Assembly: GCA_050250935.1 (NCBI GenBank)
Contig: JBFWNS010000002.1
Coordinates: forward strand, 67,130 to 131,129
Origin: Candidatus Margulisiibacteriota bacterium
GTDB taxonomy: Bacteria; Margulisbacteria; Marinamargulisbacteria; JBFWNS01
Direction: 5' to 3'
DNA: 64,000 nt
Shown: in pieces, positions 55,850 to 64,000 of the stretch
Layout of the letters: the number at the start of each line of letters is the position of its first letter
Numbering within the stretch: position 1 is the first letter of the stretch
Notes under the pieces: model-generated
Seen by the model: only the letters and a program-made list of their open reading frames with translations
Database searches by the model: none
What the model was told of the DNA's origin: nothing
Translations under genes and position numbers: made by a program

Positions 55850-58192
55850 TTATCGAATTGAAACAGGACAAGCGGACAAAAGGGCCTCTACCAATCCCCC
55901 ATGCGCTTGGTTGACGGCCTCATCGGACACGGTTTTTTCGGTGTCTTGGTAGATGAAAGCCAGCGCCAAACTTTTTTGATCGGTTCCCAACTGATCCGAC
56001 TCGTAATGGTCGAAAAGGTGGTAGGACGCCAAAAGGGCGGGCCGATGGGATTCTATCACAGAAACAAGGTCCCCAAAAGCCAGGGTCTTGGGCATCATCA
56101 TCGCCAAATCGCGGCGACTGGATGGAAATTTAGAAGGCCCTGAAACGGTACTTTTAGGTTCAAAAAGTGCCAATTCAAACTCGGCATACACAATAGGTTC
56201 CGAAACCCCATAGCCCGCACAATAGTCGGGGTGCAGCTCGCCCATGATTCCCAAACACCGATCCCCTTTCCAAATCGAAGCCGTTCGCCCTGGATGAAAC
56301 GCTGGGTGTTGATCTTGTTTGTAGGTAACCGTTGAACCCAATCGGGATTCGATGAGTGCTTTGAGGGCAAAAAAATCGGTGGCATTCGCGGCTTTGTCTG
56401 GGCCAAAATACACAGGTTCAAACCAAGGTCCTGTGGCGGCAACGGCCACTTTTTGGGTTTGAACGACCTCTTGGCCTTTGAGTTCAAAAACAGGGCCAAT
56501 TTCAAAGAGTTTAAGGGTGGTAACCTGACGCAACAGTTGGGCAGCCATCACCGGCATTAACGAAGCCAAAATATGGGGCCGAAGGACGGACTGTGCCGGG
56601 GTTAATGGGTTGGTCATTACAACGTCTGGGGTTCGGCCAACTGCGGCCACATCGTCGGGAGACACCATCGAAAAGGTTATGGCTTCGTGAAAACCCTGGG
56701 CCGTCAGATAGTGACGCCACACCTGGGCTTGCACCACAACTTCAGGCAAGGCTGCCGCCGGGGTAGAAACGGTGGGGACAACGGTTGGAATACGGTCATA
56801 GCCCAAAATTCTGGCCACTTCTTCGGCCAAACAGGGCCATTCTTGAATATCAAACTGACGCCAAGACGGCACCAAAACCGCTTGGTCTTTTTCCTCGAAG
56901 CCCAAACGCTGAAGGGCGTTTTGCATCTCTTGTTGACTAAACTCGGTGCCCAACAGTCCATTGATTTGGCCAGGGTTAAACGGAATCCATTTGGGCTGAA
57001 AAATAGGATGACCTTCGTCTTTGAACTCGGTTCGGGGGCCCACTGTGGCCGAAGCCAATGTTTGAAGCAACCCTGCAGCCCGGTCCGAGGCCCAGGCAAC
57101 ACCACCCACATCCACCCCTTTTTCAAAACGGGCAGAGCTTTCGGATCGAAGACCCAAACGGGAGGCGGTTTTACGCACTTTTCCAGGATCAAAATAGGCG
57201 GCTTCCAATACCAGGGTTGTGGTGGCTTCTGTCACCCCACTGTGTTTGCCACCCATCACCCCAGCCAAGGCCACGGGTCCTGTTGCATCGGCAATCACGA
57301 TATCGCTGGGGAGCAACTTTTGCGATTCGTCGTCCAAGGTGATGAGTGTTTCTCCAGCTTGAGCTGGACGGCAAACCAAGTCGCCTTGAAGTTTATCGGC
57401 ATCAAACACATGCAAGGGTTGACCACATTCCAACAACACATAGTTGGTGATGTCCACAGCCAAGGAAATGGGGCGAATGCCCATTAATTGCAATCGGCGT
57501 TGCATCTGGAGTGGGGTTTTGGCCGAGGGGTCTAGGGTTAAGGTTCGAAGCGAATACAACGGAGACCCGCCGTCGACCCGAACACTGGGAGCCTGTAGTG
57601 CTTGCGACACAAGCGGTTGAGGGTTGGGCTTGCACAACGGCAATTGAAGCAAGGCCGCAATTTCTCGGGCCAAGCCCACTACGCTTTGACAATCCCCTTT
57701 ATTGGGCAAAATGGCGATGTCCAAGAGGGTGTCTTGTAGCAAGGCCTCTTTGACAAAATCCACACCCAAAGGCGTATCGGCAGGCAAGAGCCAAATGCCC
57801 GAAGCTTGGTCTGCAACCCCCAATTCGGATTCTGAACACAACATCCCAAACGAAGGAACTCCTCGCAATTTGGCTGGCTTAATTTCCATGCCATTGGCCA
57901 AAACAGCGCCGGGCAAACTGACAGGCACAATGGCCCCTTCGACAATATTGGTGGCCCCGGTGACGATTTGGTGGTTCGTGGTCCCATCAAAAATGGTGGT
58001 GATGTGGAGGCGATCGGCATCGGGGTGTTTTTCGATTTTATCAATGCGTCCGGTGACAATTCCTTTAAGCTGCTGGCCAAATGGCGTGACCGATTCTACT
58101 TCCAACCCCGACAAGGACAAAACGTCCGCCAGTTCTTGAGGCGATACGGGAATGGATACAAATTCGTTTAACCAGGAAAACAACACTTTCAT
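55850..58192 (-). CDS. pheT: Phenylalanine-tRNA ligase beta subunit
   Basis: HPDADRL, GMLCSESELG, DITNYVLLECGQPLHVFD, RFEKGVD, FPSSRRDL. Confidence 0.96.
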   Translation of the reverse strand: MKVLFSWLNEFVSIPVSPQELADVLSLSGLEVESVTPFGQQLKGIVTGRIDKIEKHPDADRLHITTIFDGTTNHQIVTGATNIVEGAIVPVSLPGAVLANGMEIKPAKLRGVPSFGMLCSESELGVADQASGIWLLPADTPLGVDFVKEALLQDTLLDIAILPNKGDCQSVVGLAREIAALLQLPLCKPNPQPLVSQALQAPSVRVDGGSPLYSLRTLTLDPSAKTPLQMQRRLQLMGIRPISLAVDITNYVLLECGQPLHVFDADKLQGDLVCRPAQAGETLITLDDESQKLLPSDIVIADATGPVALAGVMGGKHSGVTEATTTLVLEAAYFDPGKVRKTASRLGLRSESSARFEKGVDVGGVAWASDRAAGLLQTLASATVGPRTEFKDEGHPIFQPKWIPFNPGQINGLLGTEFSQQEMQNALQRLGFEEKDQAVLVPSWRQFDIQEWPCLAEEVARILGYDRIPTVVPTVSTPAAALPEVVVQAQVWRHYLTAQGFHEAITFSMVSPDDVAAVGRTPDVVMTNPLTPAQSVLRPHILASLMPVMAAQLLRQVTTLKLFEIGPVFELKGQEVVQTQKVAVAATGPWFEPVYFGPDKAANATDFFALKALIESRLGSTVTYKQDQHPAFHPGRTASIWKGDRCLGIMGELHPDYCAGYGVSEPIVYAEFELALFEPKSTVSGPSKFPSSRRDLAMMMPKTLAFGDLVSVIESHRPALLASYHLFDHYESDQLGTDQKSLALAFIYQDTEKTVSDEAVNQAHGGLVEALLSACPVSIR

Positions 58193-58203
58193 AACAGCGT
58201 CCT

Positions 58204-59232
58204 CTATTTCACAAACTGACGCAGAAAACGAGAGTCGTTTTCATACAACCAGCGAATGTCTTGAATGCCAAATTTCAACATGGCGATGCGGTCGATTCCA
58301 AGGCCAAAAGCAAAACCCGTCACCAAATCTGGATCGTGGCCAGCGGCGCGAAACACCGCACGGTTTACCATGCCTGCGCCCAAAATTTCCAACCATCCGG
58401 TGTGTTTACAAGAAGGGCATCCCGCACCACTGCAATGGACACATTCCACATCCACTTCGGCAGAAGGTTCGGTAAAAGGGAAATAGCTGGGTCGAAATCG
58501 AACTTTTCTGTTTTGGCCAAACAAGGTTCTCAAAAACACTTCCAACACCCCTTTAAGCTGGGCAAAGGTCACCCCTTCTCCCACATATAGCCCTTCGATT
58601 TGGTGAAACATGGGCGAATGGGTCACATCGGAGTCACAGCGATAGACCCTGCCAGGCACAATGATTTTGAGGGGGGCTTTTTCGGTTTCCATCACCCGAA
58701 TTTGAACCGGGGTGGTGTGGGTTCGGAGCAAATCGCCTGTATTCACGTAGAAAGTATCGTGCATGTCTCGGGCCGGATGGTCGGCAGGAATATTCAGCGC
58801 GGTAAAATTATAATGATCGGTCTCCACATCAGGACCGGATTTGTAGGAAAATCCAAGGGCCGAAAAAATCCCCACAATTTCATCAATGACTTGTTGAATG
58901 GGGTGAATGGCGCCAATCCCTGTTTTTTTGGCAGGCAGGGTTACATCCACGGTTTCTTGGCTGAGTTTAAAGGCCTGTTCTTGGGTTTTGAGTTCTTCAA
59001 AACGGGCTTCCAACAGGGTAGATAATTCGGTTTTCACCACATTGGCTTGTTGCCCAGCAGCAGGTCTTTCTTCGACGCTGAGGGTGGCCAATCCCTTCAA
59101 GACTTCGGTGAGTCCGCCTTTTTTGCCCAAAACGGCGACACGCAACTGCTCGACTTCGGCTGTTGTTGTGGTTTGGGCCAATTGGGTGCGGGTTTGTTCA
59201 ACCAAATTTTGAAGGTGAAGGGTGAGGCTCAT
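58204..59232 (-). CDS. pheS: Phenylalanine-tRNA ligase alpha subunit
   Basis: HPARDMHDTFY, LRTHT, FHQIEG, FRPSYFPFTEPS, GFAFGLGIDR. Confidence 0.97.
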   Translation of the reverse strand: MSLTLHLQNLVEQTRTQLAQTTTTAEVEQLRVAVLGKKGGLTEVLKGLATLSVEERPAAGQQANVVKTELSTLLEARFEELKTQEQAFKLSQETVDVTLPAKKTGIGAIHPIQQVIDEIVGIFSALGFSYKSGPDVETDHYNFTALNIPADHPARDMHDTFYVNTGDLLRTHTTPVQIRVMETEKAPLKIIVPGRVYRCDSDVTHSPMFHQIEGLYVGEGVTFAQLKGVLEVFLRTLFGQNRKVRFRPSYFPFTEPSAEVDVECVHCSGAGCPSCKHTGWLEILGAGMVNRAVFRAAGHDPDLVTGFAFGLGIDRIAMLKFGIQDIRWLYENDSRFLRQFVK

Positions 59233-60059
59233 TGAACCTCCGAGTGTAGCTTAAAACGCCTAAATTTGAAAAGTGAGAGGATGTAAAGACCAGCCACTCC
59301 AAAGATGATGACTGGGCTTGCAGGCACATTGTACACATAGCCCAAGGTAATGCCGGCTGTGGTGGAGGCCATGGCAATCATCACCGAGACGATTTGCATG
59401 GATTTTAGGCTGTTACACCAATTTTTTGCAGCCGCAGAAGGCATGGTTAAGAGGGCAATCACCAAAATAATGCCCACGGCCCGGATCAACAAAACCGCGG
59501 TTAAGGCAATCAGGGTTAATAAAATCAGGTTCACCACCAGGACTGGCACATTAATCACGGTTGAAAATTCTTCGTCAAACGTCACCGCTTGTAAGACCCG
59601 ATACAACACCATGGTGACGGCCAAGATCAGGCCATCCAGGGCCAATAACAGCCACAAATCTTGGGTTGAAATTAATAAAATGTTGCCAAACAAATACCCA
59701 AACAAATCCGAGGCAATGGTAGGCGTCAGAAAAATAAAAAAGATACCAACCGCCATCCCAACAGCCCAAATGGCCCCAATTAAGGCATCTTCGTCTTGGG
59801 AAAACCAGTGACGAATCACGCCCATCATCCAGGCACAAATTACCCCAAATCCCATGGCAGAAATCAGGGGGTTAACCCCAAAATAATAGCCCATCCCCAC
59901 CCCACCAAAGGCCGCATGGGCAACGCTACCAGCAATAAAGGAAATGCGTTTTACAACCACATAAGTCCCCACAATGCCCAGGGCAATGCTGATGAGAATG
60001 CCAGCCAAAATGGCGTGTTGAAAAAATGGAAAACCCAGCATGGTCATCAGGCTAGTCAT
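59229..60059 (-). CDS. znuB: Zn/Mn ABC transporter permease
   Basis: GSVAHAAFGG, YLFGNIL, FDEEF, VGIILVIALL. Confidence 0.88.
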   Translation of the reverse strand: MTSLMTMLGFPFFQHAILAGILISIALGIVGTYVVVKRISFIAGSVAHAAFGGVGMGYYFGVNPLISAMGFGVICAWMMGVIRHWFSQDEDALIGAIWAVGMAVGIFFIFLTPTIASDLFGYLFGNILLISTQDLWLLLALDGLILAVTMVLYRVLQAVTFDEEFSTVINVPVLVVNLILLTLIALTAVLLIRAVGIILVIALLTMPSAAAKNWCNSLKSMQIVSVMIAMASTTAGITLGYVYNVPASPVIIFGVAGLYILSLFKFRRFKLHSEVQ

Positions 60060-60792
60060 GGGCGCGTAACACCCGGTGCGAAACCCCGTGGGCCAGCAAA
60101 TCCACATCACAACCATAGGTATGGTGCAAATCGTGGTCCGTCAGCTCGGCGTTACCATGATAGACCAATCGACGATTCAAACAAGCCACGGTTTTGGCCA
60201 TCCGCACCACCGAGGAAATATCGTGGGAAATCATTAATATCGCGACCTCGTTGTTCAGTTGTTTTAATAAATCGTTAAAACCTTCTTCTGCATGGACATC
60301 CACGCTGGCCATGGGTTCGTCTAGAATCAGAAGCTTGGGATTGTTCATTAAAGCCCTTGCCAGAAAAACCCGCTGTTTTTCCCCACCCGACAAAGCCGCG
60401 ATCGGTCTGTGTTTAAGATGTGCGATGCCCAATTTTGTTAGCCAGGCAACGGCGTCGTCCTTGTCTTTTTGGGTGGCAAAAAAAACCAGTTTGTCTTTTA
60501 GTCGGGTCATCAGCACCACATCCAAAACGGAAATGGGGAATTGTAAATCCACCTGGGCGTATTGGGATAAATAGCCCACTTGCTTGCGGCCTTCTTTGGG
60601 CGGCAATCCAAACAGGGTGATGTTTCCAGAAAACGGCACCAACCCCATAATGGCTTTAATGAGGGTGGACTTTCCCCCGCCATTCGGGCCAATAACCGCC
60701 AAAAAATCTCGTTCCTCCATCGAAAACGACACCCCCTCCAACACCAGCTGCTGGCCATAGTGGCAAGAGACATTTTCGAGGGATAAAATCAT
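60052..60792 (-). CDS. znuC: Zn/Mn ABC transporter ATPase
   Basis: GPNGGGKS, LSGGEKQR, LDEP, ISHD...CLN, His-rich tail. Confidence 0.9.
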   Translation of the reverse strand: MILSLENVSCHYGQQLVLEGVSFSMEERDFLAVIGPNGGGKSTLIKAIMGLVPFSGNITLFGLPPKEGRKQVGYLSQYAQVDLQFPISVLDVVLMTRLKDKLVFFATQKDKDDAVAWLTKLGIAHLKHRPIAALSGGEKQRVFLARALMNNPKLLILDEPMASVDVHAEEGFNDLLKQLNNEVAILMISHDISSVVRMAKTVACLNRRLVYHGNAELTDHDLHHTYGCDVDLLAHGVSHRVLRAHD

Positions 60793-60801
60793 GGGAAGTT
60801 C

Positions 60802-60830
60802 AGAGTAATTTGAATGGGATTTACTGTCAA
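60802..60830 (-). promoter_or_regulatory. sigma70 promoter of znuCB with possible overlapping Fur/Zur-type box
   Basis: Minus strand TTGACA-17 nt-TACTCT. Degenerate 7-1-7 sequence TGGGATT-T-ACTGTCA at 60815-60829. Confidence 0.5.
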
Positions 60831-60851
60831 ATCGTGCTAGATTGGGAGCCC

Positions 60852-61679
60852 ATGAAAACTGTTTTATCCTTTTTATTTATGCTGATCTTTGGCGTTTCTA
60901 TACAAGCAGCTCCGCTTCAAGTTGCCGTTAGTATTCCCACCCAAGCCGAGTGGGTTCGGCGCATCGCAGGGCCCTATGTCCAGGTGATGGTTTTGATCCC
61001 CCCCGGCTCCAGCCACGAACTCTATGAACCCAGCCCGAAGCAACTTAAACAGCTCTCGAAAGCCAAACTGGTGTTTTGGGTCGGGACTATTCCCTTTGAA
61101 AAAACCTTTTCTCAAAAACTAAAAAGCCTCTATCCAACCCTCAAACCCATCAACACATCAGAACAATTGCTCCTGATGATGCAACCCGGCACCCAAACCC
61201 CAGATCCCCATATTTGGATGAGTCCCGTTTTGGCCAAAGCTCAAATTCAACGCATCAGTACTGCCCTTCAGCAAGAAGACCCCAGCCACAAAGCCTATTA
61301 CCAAACCCACACCCAAGCCCTGCTTAAAGAGATGGATCGGCTTTCCTTCGATTGCGCGGCCCAGCTTAAAGGAAAACAAGGGAAACGCTTCATCGCCTTG
61401 CATCCTTTTTTGGGCTATTTTGCCAGAGACTTTGGCCTGGTTCAGGTGGGCATCGAAACCGAAGAAAAACCCTTAACGGGAAAAGCATTAACCGATATGA
61501 TTCGGGAGGCTAAAAAATCCCACATTCGCTTGGTGATTGTGGATCAGAATGCCCCAGCGCCACAGGCCACATCGCTTTCCAAGGCCATTTCGGCCAAGGT
61601 GATTAAGGTCAATTCAACACCGGCAGACTATTCAACAGCCCTGCTGGACCTTGCCAAAACCTTGGCCAAAACACTTTAA
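60852..61679 (+). CDS. znuA: Zn/Mn ABC transporter substrate-binding protein
   Basis: Signal peptide, SSHELYEPSP, DPHIWMSP, LHPFLGYFA; divergent from znuC. Confidence 0.88.
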   Translation: MKTVLSFLFMLIFGVSIQAAPLQVAVSIPTQAEWVRRIAGPYVQVMVLIPPGSSHELYEPSPKQLKQLSKAKLVFWVGTIPFEKTFSQKLKSLYPTLKPINTSEQLLLMMQPGTQTPDPHIWMSPVLAKAQIQRISTALQQEDPSHKAYYQTHTQALLKEMDRLSFDCAAQLKGKQGKRFIALHPFLGYFARDFGLVQVGIETEEKPLTGKALTDMIREAKKSHIRLVIVDQNAPAPQATSLSKAISAKVIKVNSTPADYSTALLDLAKTLAKTL

Positions 61680-61710
61680 AAATCAGCATTTACACCCATA
61701 AGGAGACCCT

Positions 61711-63459
61711 ATGCAAGCCATTCACCAAACCACGCTTCAAGACCAACTGTCGAACATGGAAAACAAAAATTCTTTTTTGGAAAATGAACTTCGACATTTC
61801 GAACCCACCCTATTGCCCATTTTTAGGGCAACGCCTGCTGTTTCGTTTGAGACAACACCGACAACACTGGGAAGCATTAACGATACCCTTTTGGGGACTT
61901 TTCCCTCGACCATTAAAGCCCATCAAAACCGCTGTCTAGAGGCCACAACCGGAACCCCTGTACGAGGCAAACGGGTTGCCGTTCTGTTTTCGGGTGGACC
62001 GGCTGCCGGGGGGCATAATGTGATTGCTGGTATCAAACGCAGTTTGGGCGAAGACAATACCCTGTTTGGCATTAAAAAAGGCCCCAAAGGACTGATCGAA
62101 GGGCAATTGTTCGAGATTACCCAAAGCGCCATCGATGGGGTCACCAACCTGGGTGGTTTCGACTTTTTGGGCTCGGACCGCACCAAAATTAAAACCGAAG
62201 AACAATTCGCAGCCGTTCTGAACACCGTTCGCCGTTTTAAATTGGACGGCATTATCGTGGTGGGTGGTGATGATTCGAACACAAACGCCGCCTTTTTGGC
62301 AGAACACCTTTTTGCAGAAGGCTGTGCCGTGATTGGCGTTCCCAAAACCATCGACGGCGACCTTCAGGTTGGCCAACATCTGCCCATTACCTTTGGGTTT
62401 GATACCGCCACTAAAATTTATGCCGAGTTGGTGGGCAACGTGCTTCAAGACACCCCATCTTCGGTCAAATATTGGCATTTCGTTAAATTAATGGGCCGTA
62501 GCGCCAGCCATGTCGCCTTGGAAGTAGCCCTGCAATGCCGCCCTACCCTAACCCTGATTTCCGAAGAAATTCAAGAAAAAAATACCCGCCTCGGCGCGCT
62601 GATCAACCATATCGCCAGCGTTATTTTAACCCGGGCGGCAAAAGGCATTTCCCACGGCGTGGTGGTCTTACCAGAAGGTCTGATTGAATTTATTCCAGAA
62701 TTCAAAACCTTGGTGGGTGCGTTGAATCATTTGTTGGCCGAACTTGAGGTCGATCTTAAAGGGGTAAGTTTAGAAGAAAAGATTCTGATGATTGATGATA
62801 AGTTGCCCCACGATTTGGCGCATTTATTACGGTCTTTGCCAGTGCCTGTTCGACACAAATTACTCGAAGACCGGGATTCCCATGGGAATCTTCAGGTGTC
62901 TCAGATTCCCACCGAGCTGTTGTTAATTGAAATGGTTGCTCAAAAATTAAAAGAACTGAAAGCTCACCCCGAAAAATTGAACTCGGAACTCAACTTAACC
63001 TTCACAGAAGAAGAAAAAACCTTGGTTTCCAAATTCAAATTTGCGACCAATACCCACTTTTTTGGCTACGAGGGCCGCTGCGGAGCCCCCAGCGCATTCG
63101 ACCTTAGCTATACCTTCAACCTGGGCCTGATTGCTGGTTCCCTAGCCTTGTCTGGAAAAACGGGCTACATGGCCGCCATTGGGGATTTCAAAACCGGTGG
63201 AAAAGCCCTGGCCCTCCCGCTAACCGGACTCATTACCGCCGAAAAGAGAGGGACCTCGCATGCCATGGTCATCGAAAAAGCCCTGGTTACCCTCGATTCT
63301 CCAGCCTTTCGCTATTTCGAGAGTCGCCGCGACACCTGGGCCCAAGAGGACGTTTTCTCTAGCCCTGGGCCTCGCCAATGGTGGGGACCCACCGCCTCTC
63401 AATTGCCCATGACAGTGGCCTTGAATCAAGAATTGGACTCGGTCTTTTTCTCGTTCTAG
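61711..63459 (+). CDS. pfp: Pyrophosphate-dependent phosphofructokinase (long clade)
   Basis: FSGGPAAGGHNVI, GGDDSNT (PPi-type), PKTIDGD, MGRSASH, FGYEGR. Confidence 0.93.
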   Translation: MQAIHQTTLQDQLSNMENKNSFLENELRHFEPTLLPIFRATPAVSFETTPTTLGSINDTLLGTFPSTIKAHQNRCLEATTGTPVRGKRVAVLFSGGPAAGGHNVIAGIKRSLGEDNTLFGIKKGPKGLIEGQLFEITQSAIDGVTNLGGFDFLGSDRTKIKTEEQFAAVLNTVRRFKLDGIIVVGGDDSNTNAAFLAEHLFAEGCAVIGVPKTIDGDLQVGQHLPITFGFDTATKIYAELVGNVLQDTPSSVKYWHFVKLMGRSASHVALEVALQCRPTLTLISEEIQEKNTRLGALINHIASVILTRAAKGISHGVVVLPEGLIEFIPEFKTLVGALNHLLAELEVDLKGVSLEEKILMIDDKLPHDLAHLLRSLPVPVRHKLLEDRDSHGNLQVSQIPTELLLIEMVAQKLKELKAHPEKLNSELNLTFTEEEKTLVSKFKFATNTHFFGYEGRCGAPSAFDLSYTFNLGLIAGSLALSGKTGYMAAIGDFKTGGKALALPLTGLITAEKRGTSHAMVIEKALVTLDSPAFRYFESRRDTWAQEDVFSSPGPRQWWGPTASQLPMTVALNQELDSVFFSF

Positions 63460-63557
63460 ATCCAACACATTCAAAAAAAAGAATGCATAGTCCCCTTTAA
63501 ATCTGTCGATATCCATGGTGTAACAGGACAACGATAGCATAAAGGGGAGTTGCAGCC

Positions 63558-63698
63558 ATGGAACCGAAATTTTTTTTAGAAGACGATGTGATTGTTCTTG
63601 AAGGTTATTTTTTCTTACCCAAAAAAACACTCAAAAGCAATAACCCTGTCGTTCAGCAAACCATTCAAGAGCTGTATCGGTTTGTGAGTAATAATTAG
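63558..63698 (+). CDS. 46-aa hypothetical small protein
   Basis: MEPKFFLEDDVIVLEGYFFLPKKTLKSNNPVVQQTIQELYRFVSNN*, preceded by SD AAAGGGGAG. Not in the ORF track. Confidence 0.5.
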   Translation: MEPKFFLEDDVIVLEGYFFLPKKTLKSNNPVVQQTIQELYRFVSNN

Positions 63699-63703
63699 AG
63701 ACG

Positions 63704-64000
63704 ATTAGAAACACAAATGCACTGCATTTGTGGGGCGGCATTTGGAATGAATCCAAATTCCTCCCGCTGCGCGGCGATTATTAGAAACACAACTGCACTG
63801 CATTTGTGGGTCGCAAGCCAAACCAAGTTTGCCCTGCTCCCGCTTCGCGGAAAAGAAAAAATGCTAGCTTTTCCTTAAACTATTGATCACCAATCCCGTT
63901 ATCAGTTTCGGGTAAAAATACGTCGACTTCTGGGGCATTTCTGTTTTGATTGTTATCACAAATGCACTGCATTTGTGGGTCGCAAGCCAAACCAAGTTTG
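63704..64000. repeat. Three copies of a palindromic REP/MITE-like element
   Basis: CACAAATGCA-C-TGCATTTGTG at 63712-63732, 63788-63808 (one mismatch) and 63957-63977. Copies 2 and 3 continue identically with GGTCGCAAGCCAAACCAAGTTTG. Copies 1 and 2 end in CTCCCGCT(G/T)CGCGG. Confidence 0.85.

Noticed and set aside
63704..64000. CRISPR array
   Set aside because: Spacing is irregular (76 then 169 bp), the sequence after copies 2 and 3 is identical rather than a unique spacer, and no cas genes are in the window.

Overview
Gene-dense bacterial window, about 50% GC by eye, from a diderm organism (lipoproteins and an outer-membrane beta-barrel are present). accC, L28 and pheST look Terrabacteria-like, but taxonomy cannot be fixed from this sequence alone. 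The housekeeping backbone is tRNA-Asn, prfC, a HAD phosphatase, rpmB, accC-nusB-ribE-ribBA-ribH, oppAB-like genes, mtaB, an MBL hydrolase, trmB, system-II cytochrome c biogenesis genes, pheST, znuABC and PPi-dependent PFK. Accessory content: (1) At the left edge is an NHLP/NHLM-type peptide exporter (C39-ABC plus HlyD). Directly upstream is a 44-aa double-glycine precursor missed by the ORF track, with leader ...DLSDEELDLIMGG and core VEETHFDWA. (2) A ~30-kb minus-strand cell-surface cluster (13169-42990) encodes a lipoprotein, a beta-barrel, a TolB-like lipoprotein, a secreted PGAP1-like lipase with an Ig tail, and a 7420-aa giant protein. The giant has Ig and FlgD-Ig repeats, a ZU5-like HFS motif, low-GC PA14-like modules and a YPNPF C-terminal sorting-like domain. 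One Ig domain appears to be split between the lipase C-terminus and the giant's N-terminus. (3) Two coupled, catalytically eroded enzyme homologues (DegV-like and glycogen-debranching-like). (4) A mazEF-like type II toxin-antitoxin pair and a candidate type I toxin (30 aa, SD occluded by a hairpin). (5) A small ORF followed by palindromic REP-like repeats at the right edge. All family calls are from motif recognition by eye; no database searches were run.
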